This document shows, piece after piece, positions 1 to 12,534 of a stretch of DNA of 64,000 nt. The notes under the pieces were generated by a model. It saw only the letters and a list, made by a program, of their open reading frames with translations, was not told the DNA's origin and searched no databases. Numbering within the stretch: position 1 is the first letter of the stretch; every line of letters starts with the position of its first letter. A program made the translations under genes and the position numbers. Source of the DNA: Tubulanus polymorphus (lineage: Eukaryota > Animalia > Nemertea); contig NC_134028.1 in the NCBI RefSeq assembly GCF_964204645.1, forward strand, positions 17,305,653 to 17,369,652. Reading direction: 5' to 3'.

Positions 1-1479
1 ATTAGAATTGAAATAACAAGTATTTCATTTAAAAGACGATTAAAAGTGATGGAAAAAATAAAACAATACTTAAAAAAAGAAAATATTTACTATTCACCTA
101 CATATTTACAACTTAAATCATTATTTGATGAGGTTCAACAGACTGTATGTATTTATGATTTGATTGAAAAATGCTTCTATTTCTGTTATTATGGTGATTT
201 ATAAGCAAGGAAATTTATAGGATATAAATCTAGGATAAGTAAAAATATTGAAGAGTCCTCCTTTTTACTTATTTTATCAATGTTTACAATTAAGAATATC
301 CCATGTTTATACCTAACAATTGATCAAAATGATGATAAATCAGAACTCATTATTGAAGCAAAAACATATATTAAAACTGAAGGAGCAACTGTTATATATT
401 CAACTAATTCAATGTTTACAGTATTGAATAAATTTATATTTAGATTTAAATTACGTGAAACAGGAATTAGTTTTACAACTTTAAAAAAGAGATACAATAT
501 AAAATCTAAACCTTTTTATAAATTAGATGCACTTGATATTGAAGAAGATTTTGATTTAAAATTATTATCTAAAAGTGAATTTAAAAAGTTATAAGAAATG
601 AAAGAACTTTAACAATTACAAGAAGATATAGATGAAAATGGAAATAAAATTTGTAATGAATTAAAGCAACAATTAGATATTGATAATGAATTATTTGAGA
701 CAGAATTTTAAAAACTTGAAATAATTCCTGAAGTAAAATTAAATGATTATACTCCTAAAATATCTGGAATTGACAATAATACAATTTTTGAAATTAGAGG
801 TTTTTCAACTCAATGTAAATGTATAACAAATCTTTATTTCAGTTATATTTTAACAGATCAAGGCTTTTATGAAACTACTACTGATTTAAGAGAATTATTG
901 ATAAAAACATTACAATTAGACGTATTAAATAATAATTATTTTGAATTGTCTTCGATAGAAAAAATCATCCAAAAGTTAAAAATAGGCGTTCATAGCCCTG
1001 ATAGACACTTTATTTTATCAAAATTAGAAAAACCTATTTTCCAAGTAAAGAAAATAACACACAATCATTTTGAAATAATTGATAAAATGGATTTTGAATT
1101 GATGAAAAAATATACTGAATATTTAAAGATAAATTCTGATGATTTTATAAATGTATGTGATATACGTAAAGAATCTGATTATTTAAGAAAAATGAAACTT
1201 AACAATATGAAAATTAAGCAATGCGAGCGTTTAGAACTACTGAAAGATGATTCTGAATATAATATTGATTTCATTAATCCTAGATATTTTAGAAATAAAT
1301 TGCGCCATCTAATTTTAATTCATAATGATGAAAATATTTACATATCAAATGAATTTTTCGATAAAGAAATGATTAAGAATAATATAACAGAATATCAGGT
1401 GATAAAATTGATTACGCACAGGCAAAAATATAATTCTCAGCGGCATAAAGAATTAGTAGTAAGTTTAATTGTTATTTGA
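1..1479 (+). pseudogene. C-terminal part of a long viral ORF (frame 1, several stops), possibly a Rep_trans-like initiator family protein
   Basis: Frame 1 from base 1 reads IRIEITS...; ORFs 280-594 and 898-1479 are in the same frame. RIE resembles the motif that follows KIYNK in Rep_trans-like proteins (inference). Confidence 0.4.
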
Positions 1480-1536
1480 ATTGAAACATATAAATATTTA
1501 ATATTTTTTAAACTGTTTAATTTCTTTCTTAAATAA

Positions 1537-1743
1537 ATGGATGGTTTCATCCCAACTGGGAAAAGTGATTTGAAACATTATTTAGTTGCTGGAGGTTTAA
1601 TATTAGCAGCATTATATTTTTACTATGAGAATATTTCAAAAGATTTGATGAATGAAAATAATAAATTAAAGAAGTTAAATGTGAACAATCACAGGAATAA
1701 AAAGAATAAAAAAGTTAATTTAGAAAATGATTTAGAGGATTAA
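1537..1743 (+). CDS. Small single-TM viral protein
   Basis: Hydrophobic YLVAGGLILAALYFYY and basic tail; starts in TTTCTTAAATAAATG like the other viral genes. Confidence 0.55.
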   Translation: MDGFIPTGKSDLKHYLVAGGLILAALYFYYENISKDLMNENNKLKKLNVNNHRNKKNKKVNLENDLED

Positions 1744-1781
1744 AACAGCATCTTTTAATTTCATATAATTTGACTATAAAA

Positions 1782-2084
1782 ATGAGTGAAAATATATTAA
1801 ACTTATTACATCTAATATATAAAAATCAACAGAATATTAAATCAATTATTATGCTTACAGGTTTATTTTCTTTTTCAATTTATAGTATAAAACAGTTGTA
1901 AAAATGTTCTTGTAAAATTAGATATACAGAATTGAAAGAAAATATAAATTATCTATCAGATCGAATAGATAATATTAAATGCTGTGTAATATGTAATAAA
2001 AGATATAAGAATAAAAAGAGTTTAAAAACTCATAAATATATTCATGAATTAGATGATAAACTGTATAATTCTAATTCTAATTAA
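1782..2084 (+). pseudogene. Small TM + C2H2 zinc-finger protein with one in-frame stop
   Basis: MSENIL...IIMLTGLFSFSIYSI..*..CVICNKRYKNKKSLKTHKYIH, all in one frame; TAA at 1899-1901. Confidence 0.5.
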
Positions 2085-2197
2085 GCAATAGACTGTTAAA
2101 TTGGTTGAAAATATAAAAATAGATAATATTATAACTATTTCAATATTTAGATTAATAATTTATATTTATGATTTTTATAAAAACTAATTTATATATC

Positions 2198-2282
2198 TAT
2201 GTACTAGACGTACGAGTAAGAAAGTAAGATTCTTGCCAAGAAAGTAAGAATCTTGGATTCTTACTCGTACGTCTAGTACATA
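2198..2282. repeat. Perfect 25-bp inverted repeat (hairpin) with a 35-nt internally repetitive loop
   Basis: tatgtactagacgtacgagtaagaa (2198-2222) and ttcttactcgtacgtctagtacata (2258-2282). Confidence 0.95.
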
Positions 2283-2472
2283 AATAGTTTTATCATATAT
2301 ATTTCTGTTTCAATATCTATTTATCTCACAGATTTATTATAAATATTTGGAAAAGTATAAATCATATTCAATTATGTATTTACATTTATCATTAATAAAA
2401 GAGGATTACAATGAACCCGCTAGATTGTTTAACTGTTTAAGTATTAAATTGTGTACATTGTATATTCATAAC

Positions 2473-3240
2473 CTAAATGAAATAAATCACGAATAAGACT
2501 GTTAAATTAGTTGAAATATATGAAATATTGTATGAAATATTAGTTAACCAAAAAGGACATGCTGTTTTATTATAGATCTTTATTTTATCATCCTTATGTA
2601 ATGCTGAAACACAACTATTGGAAAATTCTTTTAGAACTTTATATTTTCTATTTTCGAACATTGATTTTATTTCATCTGAATTAAATGATCCTTTAAAATC
2701 TTGTGTCACATCTACATCTAATATATTGTAATTTTTTTCATTTAATAATTTTTCAATATTATCCATTTTCTGTATTAATTCATTTAAATTTTGATTGCAT
2801 AATGAAATTTTAAATACAGCAATATAATCTGTTAATTTTAATTCTTGATTAATTCTACTTAATATATATGATTTTGAATTATCATCATGAATTGTTAAAA
2901 CACGTGTAATTTTTATAGCTAAGTTATCCAATATAATATCTCCTTGATTAAAACATTCTTTAATTTCATAATGTGTTATCTTTCTCTGATTAACGTTTAG
3001 AAAAGTTTTTCTATTTTCTTTAATAATTTCTTTTTCTAACATGATTTTATATAGCATTATATTATCGCAAAATATATCTGATGTTTCAATTGATTCATTA
3101 TTTTCAGATTTATTATACTTATTTATATTTACTCCTGAAATATCTGCTAAACTATTGTTAACAGTTAAATAATATAATATTGAATTTATATATTTATTAC
3201 TCATGTCTTTCGCGGGAACTTTAATTAATCTTGTGCACAT
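2473..3240 (-). CDS. Truncated viral protein, possible Rep_trans-like rolling-circle initiator N-terminal half
   Basis: ILDVDVTQDF ... KIKIYNK motifs; ORF degenerates right after YNK; ATG in TATATAAATG context. Confidence 0.4.
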   Translation of the reverse strand: MCTRLIKVPAKDMSNKYINSILYYLTVNNSLADISGVNINKYNKSENNESIETSDIFCDNIMLYKIMLEKEIIKENRKTFLNVNQRKITHYEIKECFNQGDIILDNLAIKITRVLTIHDDNSKSYILSRINQELKLTDYIAVFKISLCNQNLNELIQKMDNIEKLLNEKNYNILDVDVTQDFKGSFNSDEIKSMFENRKYKVLKEFSNSCVSALHKDDKIKIYNKTACPFWLTNISYNISYISTNLTVLFVIYFI

Positions 3241-3397
3241 TTATATATCAAATTTTTATTAAAATAGGTTAAAATTCAAAAAGAGTTAGAGTTCGCTGAA
3301 ACCTTACGCTTTAAAATATTTTTTTACCCTTATTGGTTTCTCGGATCTAGCCTTTTTCTTAACGCTATCACTCATTCATTTTAGTTAATTTTTTTTC

Positions 3398-3976
3398 TTA
3401 TTCATTTTCTGTTTCGACGTTTGGTTGTAGTACAGCGTTATCTGTTTCGTACTTACCTGATTTATATTCCATAGGTTTGATATTCGAAAATTTTATGACA
3501 CCAGTAGAAATTAATGTCATAACCGATCCTAATTGAAATGAAGCATAACCAACCCATTTGTGTAATTCAGTCATAACTAAATAGTCATTTTTCAAATCAC
3601 TATATAATTTATTTTCATCATCAATTGGTATTAACTGGTTACATAACTTAGAATAACATTTGACAATACCATTTGAAATAGAATCATTTATTCTAGCTAA
3701 TCTAGCTTCGTCATAAATCTTAAAATATTTTATTACTTTATCTGGTTTCATACAGTCTAGTTCTTGAAAAATAATGATTCTATTTAAAAACTCCTTAGTT
3801 TTTCCACCGGCAATCAATAGTTCTAGATGATGCTTACAATATAAATAGTATTCATAATCTATATTACAATTAACTTGAGCACAATTAGTTACAACTGTAT
3901 CTTTATTATCACTAATGCCCAAATCATCTAATGTTTTTTCAATATCAATAGTATTCTTATTAGATTTCTTTGACAT
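3398..3976 (-). CDS. Conserved PLV hypothetical protein (paralog of 36056-36659)
   Basis: YEYYLYCKHHLELLIAGGK...LYSDLKNDYLVMTEL..W.GY.SFQLG nearly identical to the copy-3 gene. Confidence 0.8.
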   Translation of the reverse strand: MSKKSNKNTIDIEKTLDDLGISDNKDTVVTNCAQVNCNIDYEYYLYCKHHLELLIAGGKTKEFLNRIIIFQELDCMKPDKVIKYFKIYDEARLARINDSISNGIVKCYSKLCNQLIPIDDENKLYSDLKNDYLVMTELHKWVGYASFQLGSVMTLISTGVIKFSNIKPMEYKSGKYETDNAVLQPNVETENE

Positions 3977-4223
3977 TTATATTAGAGAAATTTAATTTAA
4001 AAAATATTATAAGTATTATAAAATGATACCAGTATCTCTTTAGATTAATACTAGCTTAGTTAAAGGTAAAGAATTTTAGTATTAGTTATTGTTTTTTTAG
4101 TATTTTTTATTTGTGATATAAAGTATTCTTTTTTGAAAAGAAAATATTAAAAATTAAAATAGAAATAATGGCTAGTTGAAGGTAAGTAATTTTTATTATA
4201 TTTTATTTGAGATATATTAATCT

Positions 4224-5029
4224 TTAACCACTCAATAAAGATTCAACATATTGTTCATTATTTGGATTATTGTTCCATAATTCAATGAATTTCTTTACTT
4301 TTGTTAACTGTTCTAAATATAACTGTAAATCTAGTTTGTCATGTTTAATCATATTTTCCTTCTTTTCAAGAGGTCTCAGGTTTTTCCAATTCCAAATTAA
4401 CTTTTTATCATATTCATCATTCATGTCAAATTTAGAAATAGGCAACACATGATCAATATGAAAATAATTACCATAATTATTTATATTCATTTTATCATCG
4501 AATTGAAATATTATCCATGATTTGAAGAATTCATCCGAACAATCTAGTAAATTAGATAGTGTGTATGAGTGACTGTCTTTACTGAATAATTGTGTTAATC
4601 TATTTATCAAACATTTTTTCATTTTAAAATTTAGATCTGTTTGATATTTTTCATTTTGATAATTGTTAATATTCTCTCTATTATTTTCCCTCCATTCTCT
4701 CATATATTCTGGGTGATTTTCTCTCCATTCTCTCATATATTCTGGGTGGTTTTCTCTCCATTGTTTATTATAAACTTTCCACTTTTCTGGATTATATTCT
4801 CTCCATTGTTTATCTTTTTCTTTACATTTTTCAGGATTATTTGCTCGATATTGTTTATTATATAGTTTATTACAAGTTTTGCAATAACAACTTTTACCAT
4901 CTTTAGTTTTTTTTTATGTTTATTAAATTCTGTTAATGATTTATTCAATTCACACTTATTACATTTCTTATAGCATATATTTATTACACCATTATTGTTT
5001 ATATTTATAGCTTGTGATTGTTCCTCCAT
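4224..5029 (-). pseudogene. HNH endonuclease of the large-DNA-virus type (CxxC zinc ribbon, REWRENHPEY repeats, HNH), frameshifted
   Basis: KKCNKCELNKSLTEF N-terminus; YFHIDHVLPISKF...WKNLRPLEKKENMIK HNH core. Confidence 0.8.
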
Positions 5030-5056
5030 TTGTAATATATATTTTTATTAAAATTG

Positions 5057-5384
5057 ATTAACATTTTAGAATCCTCTTCCCTTTCTTCGACTAACGTCAT
5101 CCTTTTTCATTCCTTAAAATATCATTATTCTTATTTCTAATATGACTTTTAGATTTTAAATGTTCTTTATAATATCTTTTATCACTGAATGATTGATTAC
5201 ATGTATCACATTTGTATGTTTCTTTTTCATTCTTTAATTCATCTAATTTAGTTTCTAATATATCATCTTTATATTCTAGTTTCAATTTATTCTCTAAATG
5301 TGTTTTAGTTTTATTGTGTCTTGCTTTTTGGGATTTATCTATATTGATATTACATGTTGGACAGTAGTACTTATTTGCTTCCAT
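5057..5384 (-). pseudogene. pPolB remnant: N-terminal zinc fingers joined to the last codons of pPolB
   Basis: YYCPTCNINIDKSQKARH and YKCDTCNQSFSDKRY match 25540-25800; an alternative frame ends KRILKC* like KRILTC* at 22097. Confidence 0.75.
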
Positions 5385-5623
5385 TTTAATACTAAATTTT
5401 TTATTAAAATTGATTTTAGAAGTTCAATGATTTATAGGCTCAAATAGAATCATGTTCTAGTATAAACAGCTATGCATTATTTCAATCACACTTTACTAAC
5501 ACTTTTAATGTTTAAAAATCTAACTCACACAAATATGAATATTGAAATAATGTTGTAGATATATACTTTTATATTGAATAATCTGTCAATTTAAATGTTA
5601 TTCATGTATATGATTATTTTAAG

Positions 5624-5963
5624 AGTAATATGGGTAATGGGCTTTCAGGTTAAAGGTTGAATGGTCGAGTTCATTAAAAAATGAGAAACATGAAAATAAT
5701 AACAATTTCTACTTGAATTAGGAGTGAAACTCATAAAAAATGAAAAATAATTCTCACACTCGAATTTATTTCACTCACACTTTACTCACACTTTTTTCTA
5801 GCGAGTAAAAATGAAAAATAAATTCGAGTGTGTGAGAATTTATTTTTCATTTTTATGAGTTTCGCGAGTAATTCAAGTAGAAATTGTAATTATTTTCATG
5901 TTTTTCATTTTTACGAGCTCGACCGTTCGACCTTTGGCTTGAAAGCCTATTATCCCTATTACT
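5624..5963. repeat. Imperfect ~340-bp terminal palindrome built from TIR sequence
   Basis: agtaatatgggtaatgggctttcaggttaaaggttgaatggtcgag... versus ...ctcgaccgttcgacctttggcttgaaagcctattatccctattact. Confidence 0.9.
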
Positions 5964-6900
5964 CACGGTTACGCGACTTTATAGCAGAGTCAACTGATTC
6001 GTTGAACCATGGCAGGCTACTACTAGTACACTTAATTACCTTATTAGGTATATTTTGTTTAATTAATGGGAATAGGCGTTTGATAAAATTTTCAGTCGCT
6101 CTATTTACGTTATTGTCATTTAATATGTCATGCCAATTAGTATCAGAGATAATTGCATTTAGGGAATCCTTATCACATGAATCGTACTTCCAAATTATTC
6201 TGTTAACAGAGTTTTTGGTAGAACATTTTATATTAACGTTGACATATACTGTTGAATGGTCAGCATTTCCAATCGGTGGGCCTACATGAGCAGTTGTTCT
6301 GCCTGGTGAGTCCGTAATAATGTGATCGATACATGAATTGGAATTTGCCGTTATACGTGTAGGCTCTGATACTATTTGGCTCATATACACCTCGTCTATG
6401 GTTTCTTTTTCTTCTCTACCAGCAGTATCGGTAGTATCAGATTTACAGAAAAACTTTTTTTTGCATTAAAATCACCATATACTAAAATGGTAGAGTTTGT
6501 TTTAAGTGTTGACTGTACATTTACAATAGACTTTTTAAGGTCTGCAAAAAATGTTCGACGTTCGTTGGGTGGACGTTCGTCGGGTGACTGAGAGGGCGAT
6601 CTGTAATATAGCCCAAAACAGACAGTAGTATTTTCGACTCTAGTATCAACCCATATGGCGCTTGAGGTTGTCTCTCTTCTGATATTACAAACCAAGGAAT
6701 TGTGTCCATATAGCATCAGACCACGATTGTTATCTGTGTAATGAATTATAGTGTAATCTTTTAGTTCAAAAGAATTGAGTTTGTCTTTTATATTCAATGT
6801 GTCACACTAATTATGCCACAAATAGTTGCTTAGCAAGTGAACTGTTAATTTTTGACTTAGGTCAAGTGCCCTCTAAATAGAATATTGAGTAAAACCTATT
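5964..6900 (-). mobile_element. LINE ORF2 fragment, AP-endonuclease domain (CR1/L2-like)
   Basis: GLYYRSP, GDFNA, PTR, SCIDHIIT, DH motifs and LPWFN; broken frames. Confidence 0.8.
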
Positions 6901-8899
6901 TCTTCTATGTGATATGTGTGTAAGTGATATGTGGGTTACTAATTTTAATTTTGGTAAAGCCATTTCTGAGAAATAAGACTTTAAAATCGGCTATTTTCAC
7001 CAGCTTCCCGTACACAGGATGTGCGCGTTTGCTGTGAAAAAACCCACGATTGCTGACCTCATTCCTAGCTGGCATTTCTACGTCGGTACTACGTAAAAAC
7101 AACGTCTAAAACCAACGTACCTGACGTTGTTTTTTTTTTTGGTTGGAAAATAGGTCGAAAATGGAAGTTTTCTAGACGTATTTTTCTGACGTTGTAAAAA
7201 CGCCTGAAATATTATGGCGTCCCAACGTTGTATTCACGTTGTTCTATCGTTGTCTCTACGTTGGCAGATTCCATTCTTCCTAGGCAGTAACATTGATTAA
7301 GAGAAAAACAATCTTTTCTTTTATTGAATGTAAAAAAAAACTTTATTTTAAACAAAAATAAATTAACAATTGCCTACTTTGCCATCAATAACAAGTCACT
7401 AAAAATAGGGACATAAGATTGGACTTCATCAAAAGACTGTATTCATCAAATACTTTTCGTTCTAACAATTAGGTACTTAAGCTTCACACCTTAAGCCTAT
7501 CTACCACCACCACCCTTGCGGTCGGGGGCATATTTCAATGCATTTCCAATGGACTTGAGAACCCCAGACACGCCGCAATACACATTCTGAAAAAGATTAC
7601 CATCTAGATATAGTCAAATCAATTTCAGGCAAGTTTTCATTGGTCTCTACTGCAGACCAGACTACCTGATTGAAGTAATCTTCATAACAGGACAGTAATT
7701 TGACATCGAAAATAGAGTATAGAGTATATTATTGGATATTTTTGGAAGTTTGTAGTTGAGTTTTTAGAAAAGAGTAGTAACTACCCTAAAATAGTAGTCA
7801 TAGTCAGGTCTGGTACCAATATTGAATTGCGGAATTCTCATTTGTAAACCAAATCAAAGCAGCCGATAAAGAGTTTGTAGTCCAGAAATTCTAAACCTAA
7901 TCCGGAATATGTTCAATTTTAACCTACCTTTGTTTTCGTTATCTGAAACTAATGGAACAATTTTAAAGTGCAATAAAAACCCAGTATGAAATTATATTTA
8001 CCCTTTATGGCTTGACACATGTGTTTTCGAATGCTCTTTTTACCTTGCCCTTCACGTTAAACTGTGCCATCACTTCATTTGTCATGATTCTACGAAAGAA
8101 ACAGCAAAACTTATGTTTAGGCTAACAAATGATATATACCTTGTTTCTCTGCAGCAGCTGGGTCAGTGAAAATCGAGCTGGAAATTTGTAAAAATAAATT
8201 CTTGCGGCCGGGTCTCCTCGAAAGGCCTGTGTGTATTTAATCTAAGAATAAAATCCGGTCTGCCAGGTGTATATAAAGCTTATTTGAGCTAATTTTAATT
8301 ATTCTTTGCATATAGATCTGGAGGAAATTCAACGGAGCACCACACGTGCTTAAACCAATGGATCCAGGGTAAAGAAAGGACTTCAAGGCGCGGGGTTGCC
8401 AACCTATGAAAAGTGCAACCCAGTAACAAATTGAATTTTACATGAAATCAAGTCCATGACAGTAGTTTGTTCTATACCCGCTGAACGAAAAGTGTTTCAA
8501 AATCTGGATTCGAATCTAAACTGACTTTTATTTCCCAATAATATCTAAAATAAACCATTTTGGGAGGAGATACGAAAGTACAATAGCGCCAGTAGTGTGG
8601 GGTGGTAAATCACTTCACGTTTAGGGCGTAAGCATAAAAAGTAAAAACTATATTTGAATTTGAATTGGTTTAGAGAGCCGTAGAGAGGGATGGCTCGTTG
8701 CCTCGTCTAGCCTATAATTGCTCATTTCAACAGGCTTTTCGTCCAGCGCTCTAATGCGATCTAGCAATTTAAATATATGATGTTACTTACCTTTTGATAA
8801 AAATAAATGTAGACAATAGACAAACTGAAAAAACGGCGGTTCATCAGCATCATCAGTTACATCAGCAAGCGCCGCTGCGCCAAGATGTTGTGTACTTAG

Positions 8900-10020
8900 T
8901 TTCTCCACTGCTCACGATCTGTAGTACCGGGTAATTTGTTTTATGATTTCAATTTCTGGTGTTCTATTGTTGAGGTTTATGCAAATCATAGAAAGATCTT
9001 GTTATGTTTGACAGCTAGGTTTTACGGAGTCGTCCTCTGGGTCTTTCAGTTGGTCTCAAGGCCTCTCGTAGTGCTTTACGTACTGGTGTTTCAGATGGTA
9101 GACGCATCAGATGTCCAAGCCAAGTTAGTCGTCTTCTATGATTTTACTCCAGGCACAGTATCCGTTCTTGTATGCAGTTCTTTTATGCAGTTTTATGTTA
9201 GTCCATAGTTCGCTGTTATACAGAAATATTCTACTGAGATAGGCATTAAAAGTTCGGATTTTCGTTTCCATGCTAACTGTTCTGCTTTTAAAAATATCTT
9301 TTAAAGTGTTATAACCGTTCAGAGTTAGATGTTTCCTTCTGTTGATGTCTGATTCCGTGTCCAATAAAGAGCCAAGCATTTTACACTTTTTCCAGTTTTC
9401 TTCACTCTCCCTAGATATAGGCCCAGTATGTTCTTCCGTTTTCGTCTCGTTGGTTTCTAGAGCTCTGAGTTTTGAAATTGAAGGTACAATTTGTATTTAG
9501 GCTCTAGGCCTATTTCAAAGAAATCTTCCGTTCCTCTAATTTTGTAATTATGATTTCGTAGTTCTTTTACGCAGGTGTCAGTTGTTTTCTTGCAGTAGCT
9601 ACGATCCTTGTGATTCTCTTAAGGGTTGAGTGTAATTGCTAGGTAAATGAAGAGTACAGCGCTGAGGCAGTCACCTTGTAGGATACCTTTCTTGGTGATG
9701 AAACTTGTCCCTGTTGTATTTCCGATTCGTATTTGAAGGCCGAGGTCTGTAATCAGGATGTGCATTAAGTGAAACTCGTCTGGATTTAGTATTTGGTAGA
9801 GATCTTCCAGAAGTTTGTTTCAGTCTACTGTGTCAAGCGCTTTGCTCACATCAAGCGTAAGAAGGTAGATATCGTATCCTTCTGATGCAATCGCTTTCTC
9901 GGAAAGTAGTTTTAGTGCAGCTACTTGCTCTGTGGTGCTTCTTCCTGGTTGATAGGCACTGTGATCGATAGGTATTCTTGGGAGCAGTCTTTCCCAGCAT
10001 CTATTTACGGCCGTTCGACG
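8900..10020 (-). mobile_element. LINE reverse transcriptase remnant (RTE-like)
   Basis: SAYQPGRSTTEQV, LLTLDVSKALDTVD, GILQGDCLSAVLF, LGSLLD, IFLYNSELW. Confidence 0.8.
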
Positions 10021-10733
10021 TTCGAAATGGTGGACGGATCTCGTGGGCGGATTTTGTTCGTTACGAAATCGAACGCAATAGCCTATACCTGTCAGGTTCG
10101 AATCCCGCCGCCATACCGACTTAACACAATCGTTCTTTTTCTGTTGCCATGGCAATTTAGTTAATAATTTTCGCCATGAAATTTAAAACTCAACTTTTTA
10201 GAGAAGTATTAATGCACTTTTATCATCTTAGTATCCAACTAGCGATTAACTACTGCAAATAAAATAATGAAAATGTTTTAATTTAAATGGACAAAGTATT
10301 TTCAAAATATCATATTAATAGAAAAACCTACCTAAATTGGGAGTCATAAAATTCTCCTTTATACAAACAGAGGTCAACAGTCCAAACGTCAGTAGCAATG
10401 CGCAGAAACAGATTCAGCCCCAAGCAGGCAAATGTGAAGCCTTTTATGATGTAGCAAAGTAATCAATTGTGACAAAAACTAGTACACACAAGGATATTTC
10501 ATAATGTACGATGTAAACTAGAAAACTGATTATCATACAAAAGTCATAACATCGTCTTTTAAGCACTCGCGAGTCAACCCTACGCTCACATACGACGAGT
10601 ACACGGCAGGCTACAGAATCCCGTTATCGTTAGGGAGCATTTCAAAATTTCGAAAGTTACTTCAATTAGAATAACTCGCTGAAGGGGGTGGGGGGTTGAG
10701 GCTTTCCGCTGTTTATCGATATGTATCGATATG

Positions 10734-10737
<4 letters not shown>

Positions 10738-10829
<92 letters not shown>

Positions 10830-10849
10830 GTACGTACGTACGTACGTAC

Positions 10850-10908
<59 letters not shown>

Positions 10909-10963
10909 CGCGCGTGCGTGCGTGTGCGCGTGCGTGTGCGTGTGTGCGCGTGTATGTATGTAT
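10738..10963. repeat. Compound microsatellite (TA)n(CGTA)n(TG)n(TGCG)n
   Basis: Direct reading. Confidence 0.97.
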
Positions 10964-12147
10964 ATTTTTCAATTAAAAGTTGTGATCAAACACACGTGAC
11001 AATGTCCTGTGGTCTCTCATTAGAAAATAGTTCCAATTTTGGCATGTGTCTAATCAAGGGGGGTGGGGTGGGGGCTAAAACCAATTAGGCAGTTATTCTA
11101 ATTGAGGGAACTATTGAAATTTTGAGATGCTCCCTAATATTTGTTATTTCGAAGAGAATATATACAAGAATTAATCTTAGCATAATGAATCTACCTGTTA
11201 CATACGCCCATCTGTTTATCTGACTCGCAAACGCATGTTTTACATCCTTCTTTAACAAAAATCTCGTGTTTACCAGTTGCTGCATTCAGATGCGTTTCAT
11301 CGGGAAACAACTCGTTGCATTTATCTATAAATTTAGATTGGTGTCATAGATGAGTAGGAATCATCGGAACCAGCTCATTTCAGCTAATTTGATAACTTAC
11401 AGCAGGGAATTAAATGAGGATAAAGGAAGATGCACACGTTTATAATCATTGTTACATTTGTATGATACGGTATTAAAGGGCCATCAAAATTGTTCTTTTC
11501 GCGAATTCTTAACCAGAAGAAACTTTAGTATACATAGACCGACGTGAGAGTTACTTATTGAAAAAAGGAGCACGAATTAGCCATAATAGTTAGCGGAATA
11601 GTCATCCATTTATCCTTCACTCCGTGCGTATAGTTCATATTCAACCCACGGGTGGCGCTATTTATGATGTTACCTATGACAATCAACACAAGCACGTGTG
11701 CGCGCTCTTACGCGTAGCCTATGTATAATCAATAAAATAAACACCATTTGTTCACCGTATTCACTGACATACAGCGCTGCTCACTGATATACGATTGTCA
11801 TGTCATATACAACGGTAGCAACGCTATATATACAATGGTAAGAGTTAATTAATTCAAATCACTCGCAAAACGATAAAATATCGCATGAAATGTGTAGTGA
11901 AATGACTGAAAGCCGCGAGCGTTTGTCAGAGATGACGTCAGAAACACGCACCTGCTAAGATAAACAATAACAGTGAGGACGTGCTGAAATTGCCGATTTG
12001 AATGTTTCATAATATTCTATTTTGATGGCATATGCTCTTTAACCTTTATCAGTATTTAGGTTAGAGGGCCAGCGGAAATAAGCGGTGATTAGCAGTCCAA
12101 TGGTTTAGATTGATTGTTTTTTTACAAAAGTCTTGCTAATTTTGTTT

Positions 12148-12510
12148 TCATACGTGAAAATGGTTTGTTATTCCAATAAAGGGAGAGAGGGACAAGACTT
12201 TTAAAAAAAAGGTATATATGGAACTACAATGAATTCTAAATGTTTTTTTATCTTCTGGAAGTTTAGAATTTAGGAATGTACATTTAGCCTTAGAAATAGC
12301 GATTTTCAATATGTGATCAGGGTAAGCAAGTTTTTTAAGAGAGTTGGATTGGTCAAATGCAGCCGAAAGGAAGGTTTCAACGCAGATCTGTAGTGCACCG
12401 AGAAAGAGGCCTTGAGCGAGACCAATTTTGATTGATTTAGTAGTAAACGAAAAGAAATGGAGATATGCTTCAGCGTTGATCGGTTTACGGTAGACTGAGA
12501 AAATCAAATG
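12148..12510 (-). mobile_element. Penelope-like element RT C-terminal/thumb fragment
   Basis: SVYRKP...YLHFFS...K.GLAQGLFL.ALQIC...L.YP pattern. Confidence 0.6.
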
Positions 12511-12534
12511 AGAATCTGAAAGTTTGTGACGTTA

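Larger units (their letters stand above)
1..5963 (-). mobile_element. Polinton/PLV-derived non-autonomous element (copy 1), left end outside window; pPolB internally deleted
   Basis: Ends in ...tattatccctattact (TIR related to 34327-34417 and 25980-26024). Shares the pPolB N-terminal zinc-finger ORF and upstream motif with copy 2, and gene 3398-3976 with copy 3. Abuts a LINE fragment at 5964. Confidence 0.8.

Noticed and set aside
10586-11088. YIYIYI/VCVC ORFs (also 34103-34395 and 33264-33689 poly-N/poly-L)
   Set aside because: Microsatellite translations
11474-12042. Possible TTAA-flanked transposon (gccatcaaaat inverted repeat)
   Set aside because: Termini match only partly; not enough support for a call
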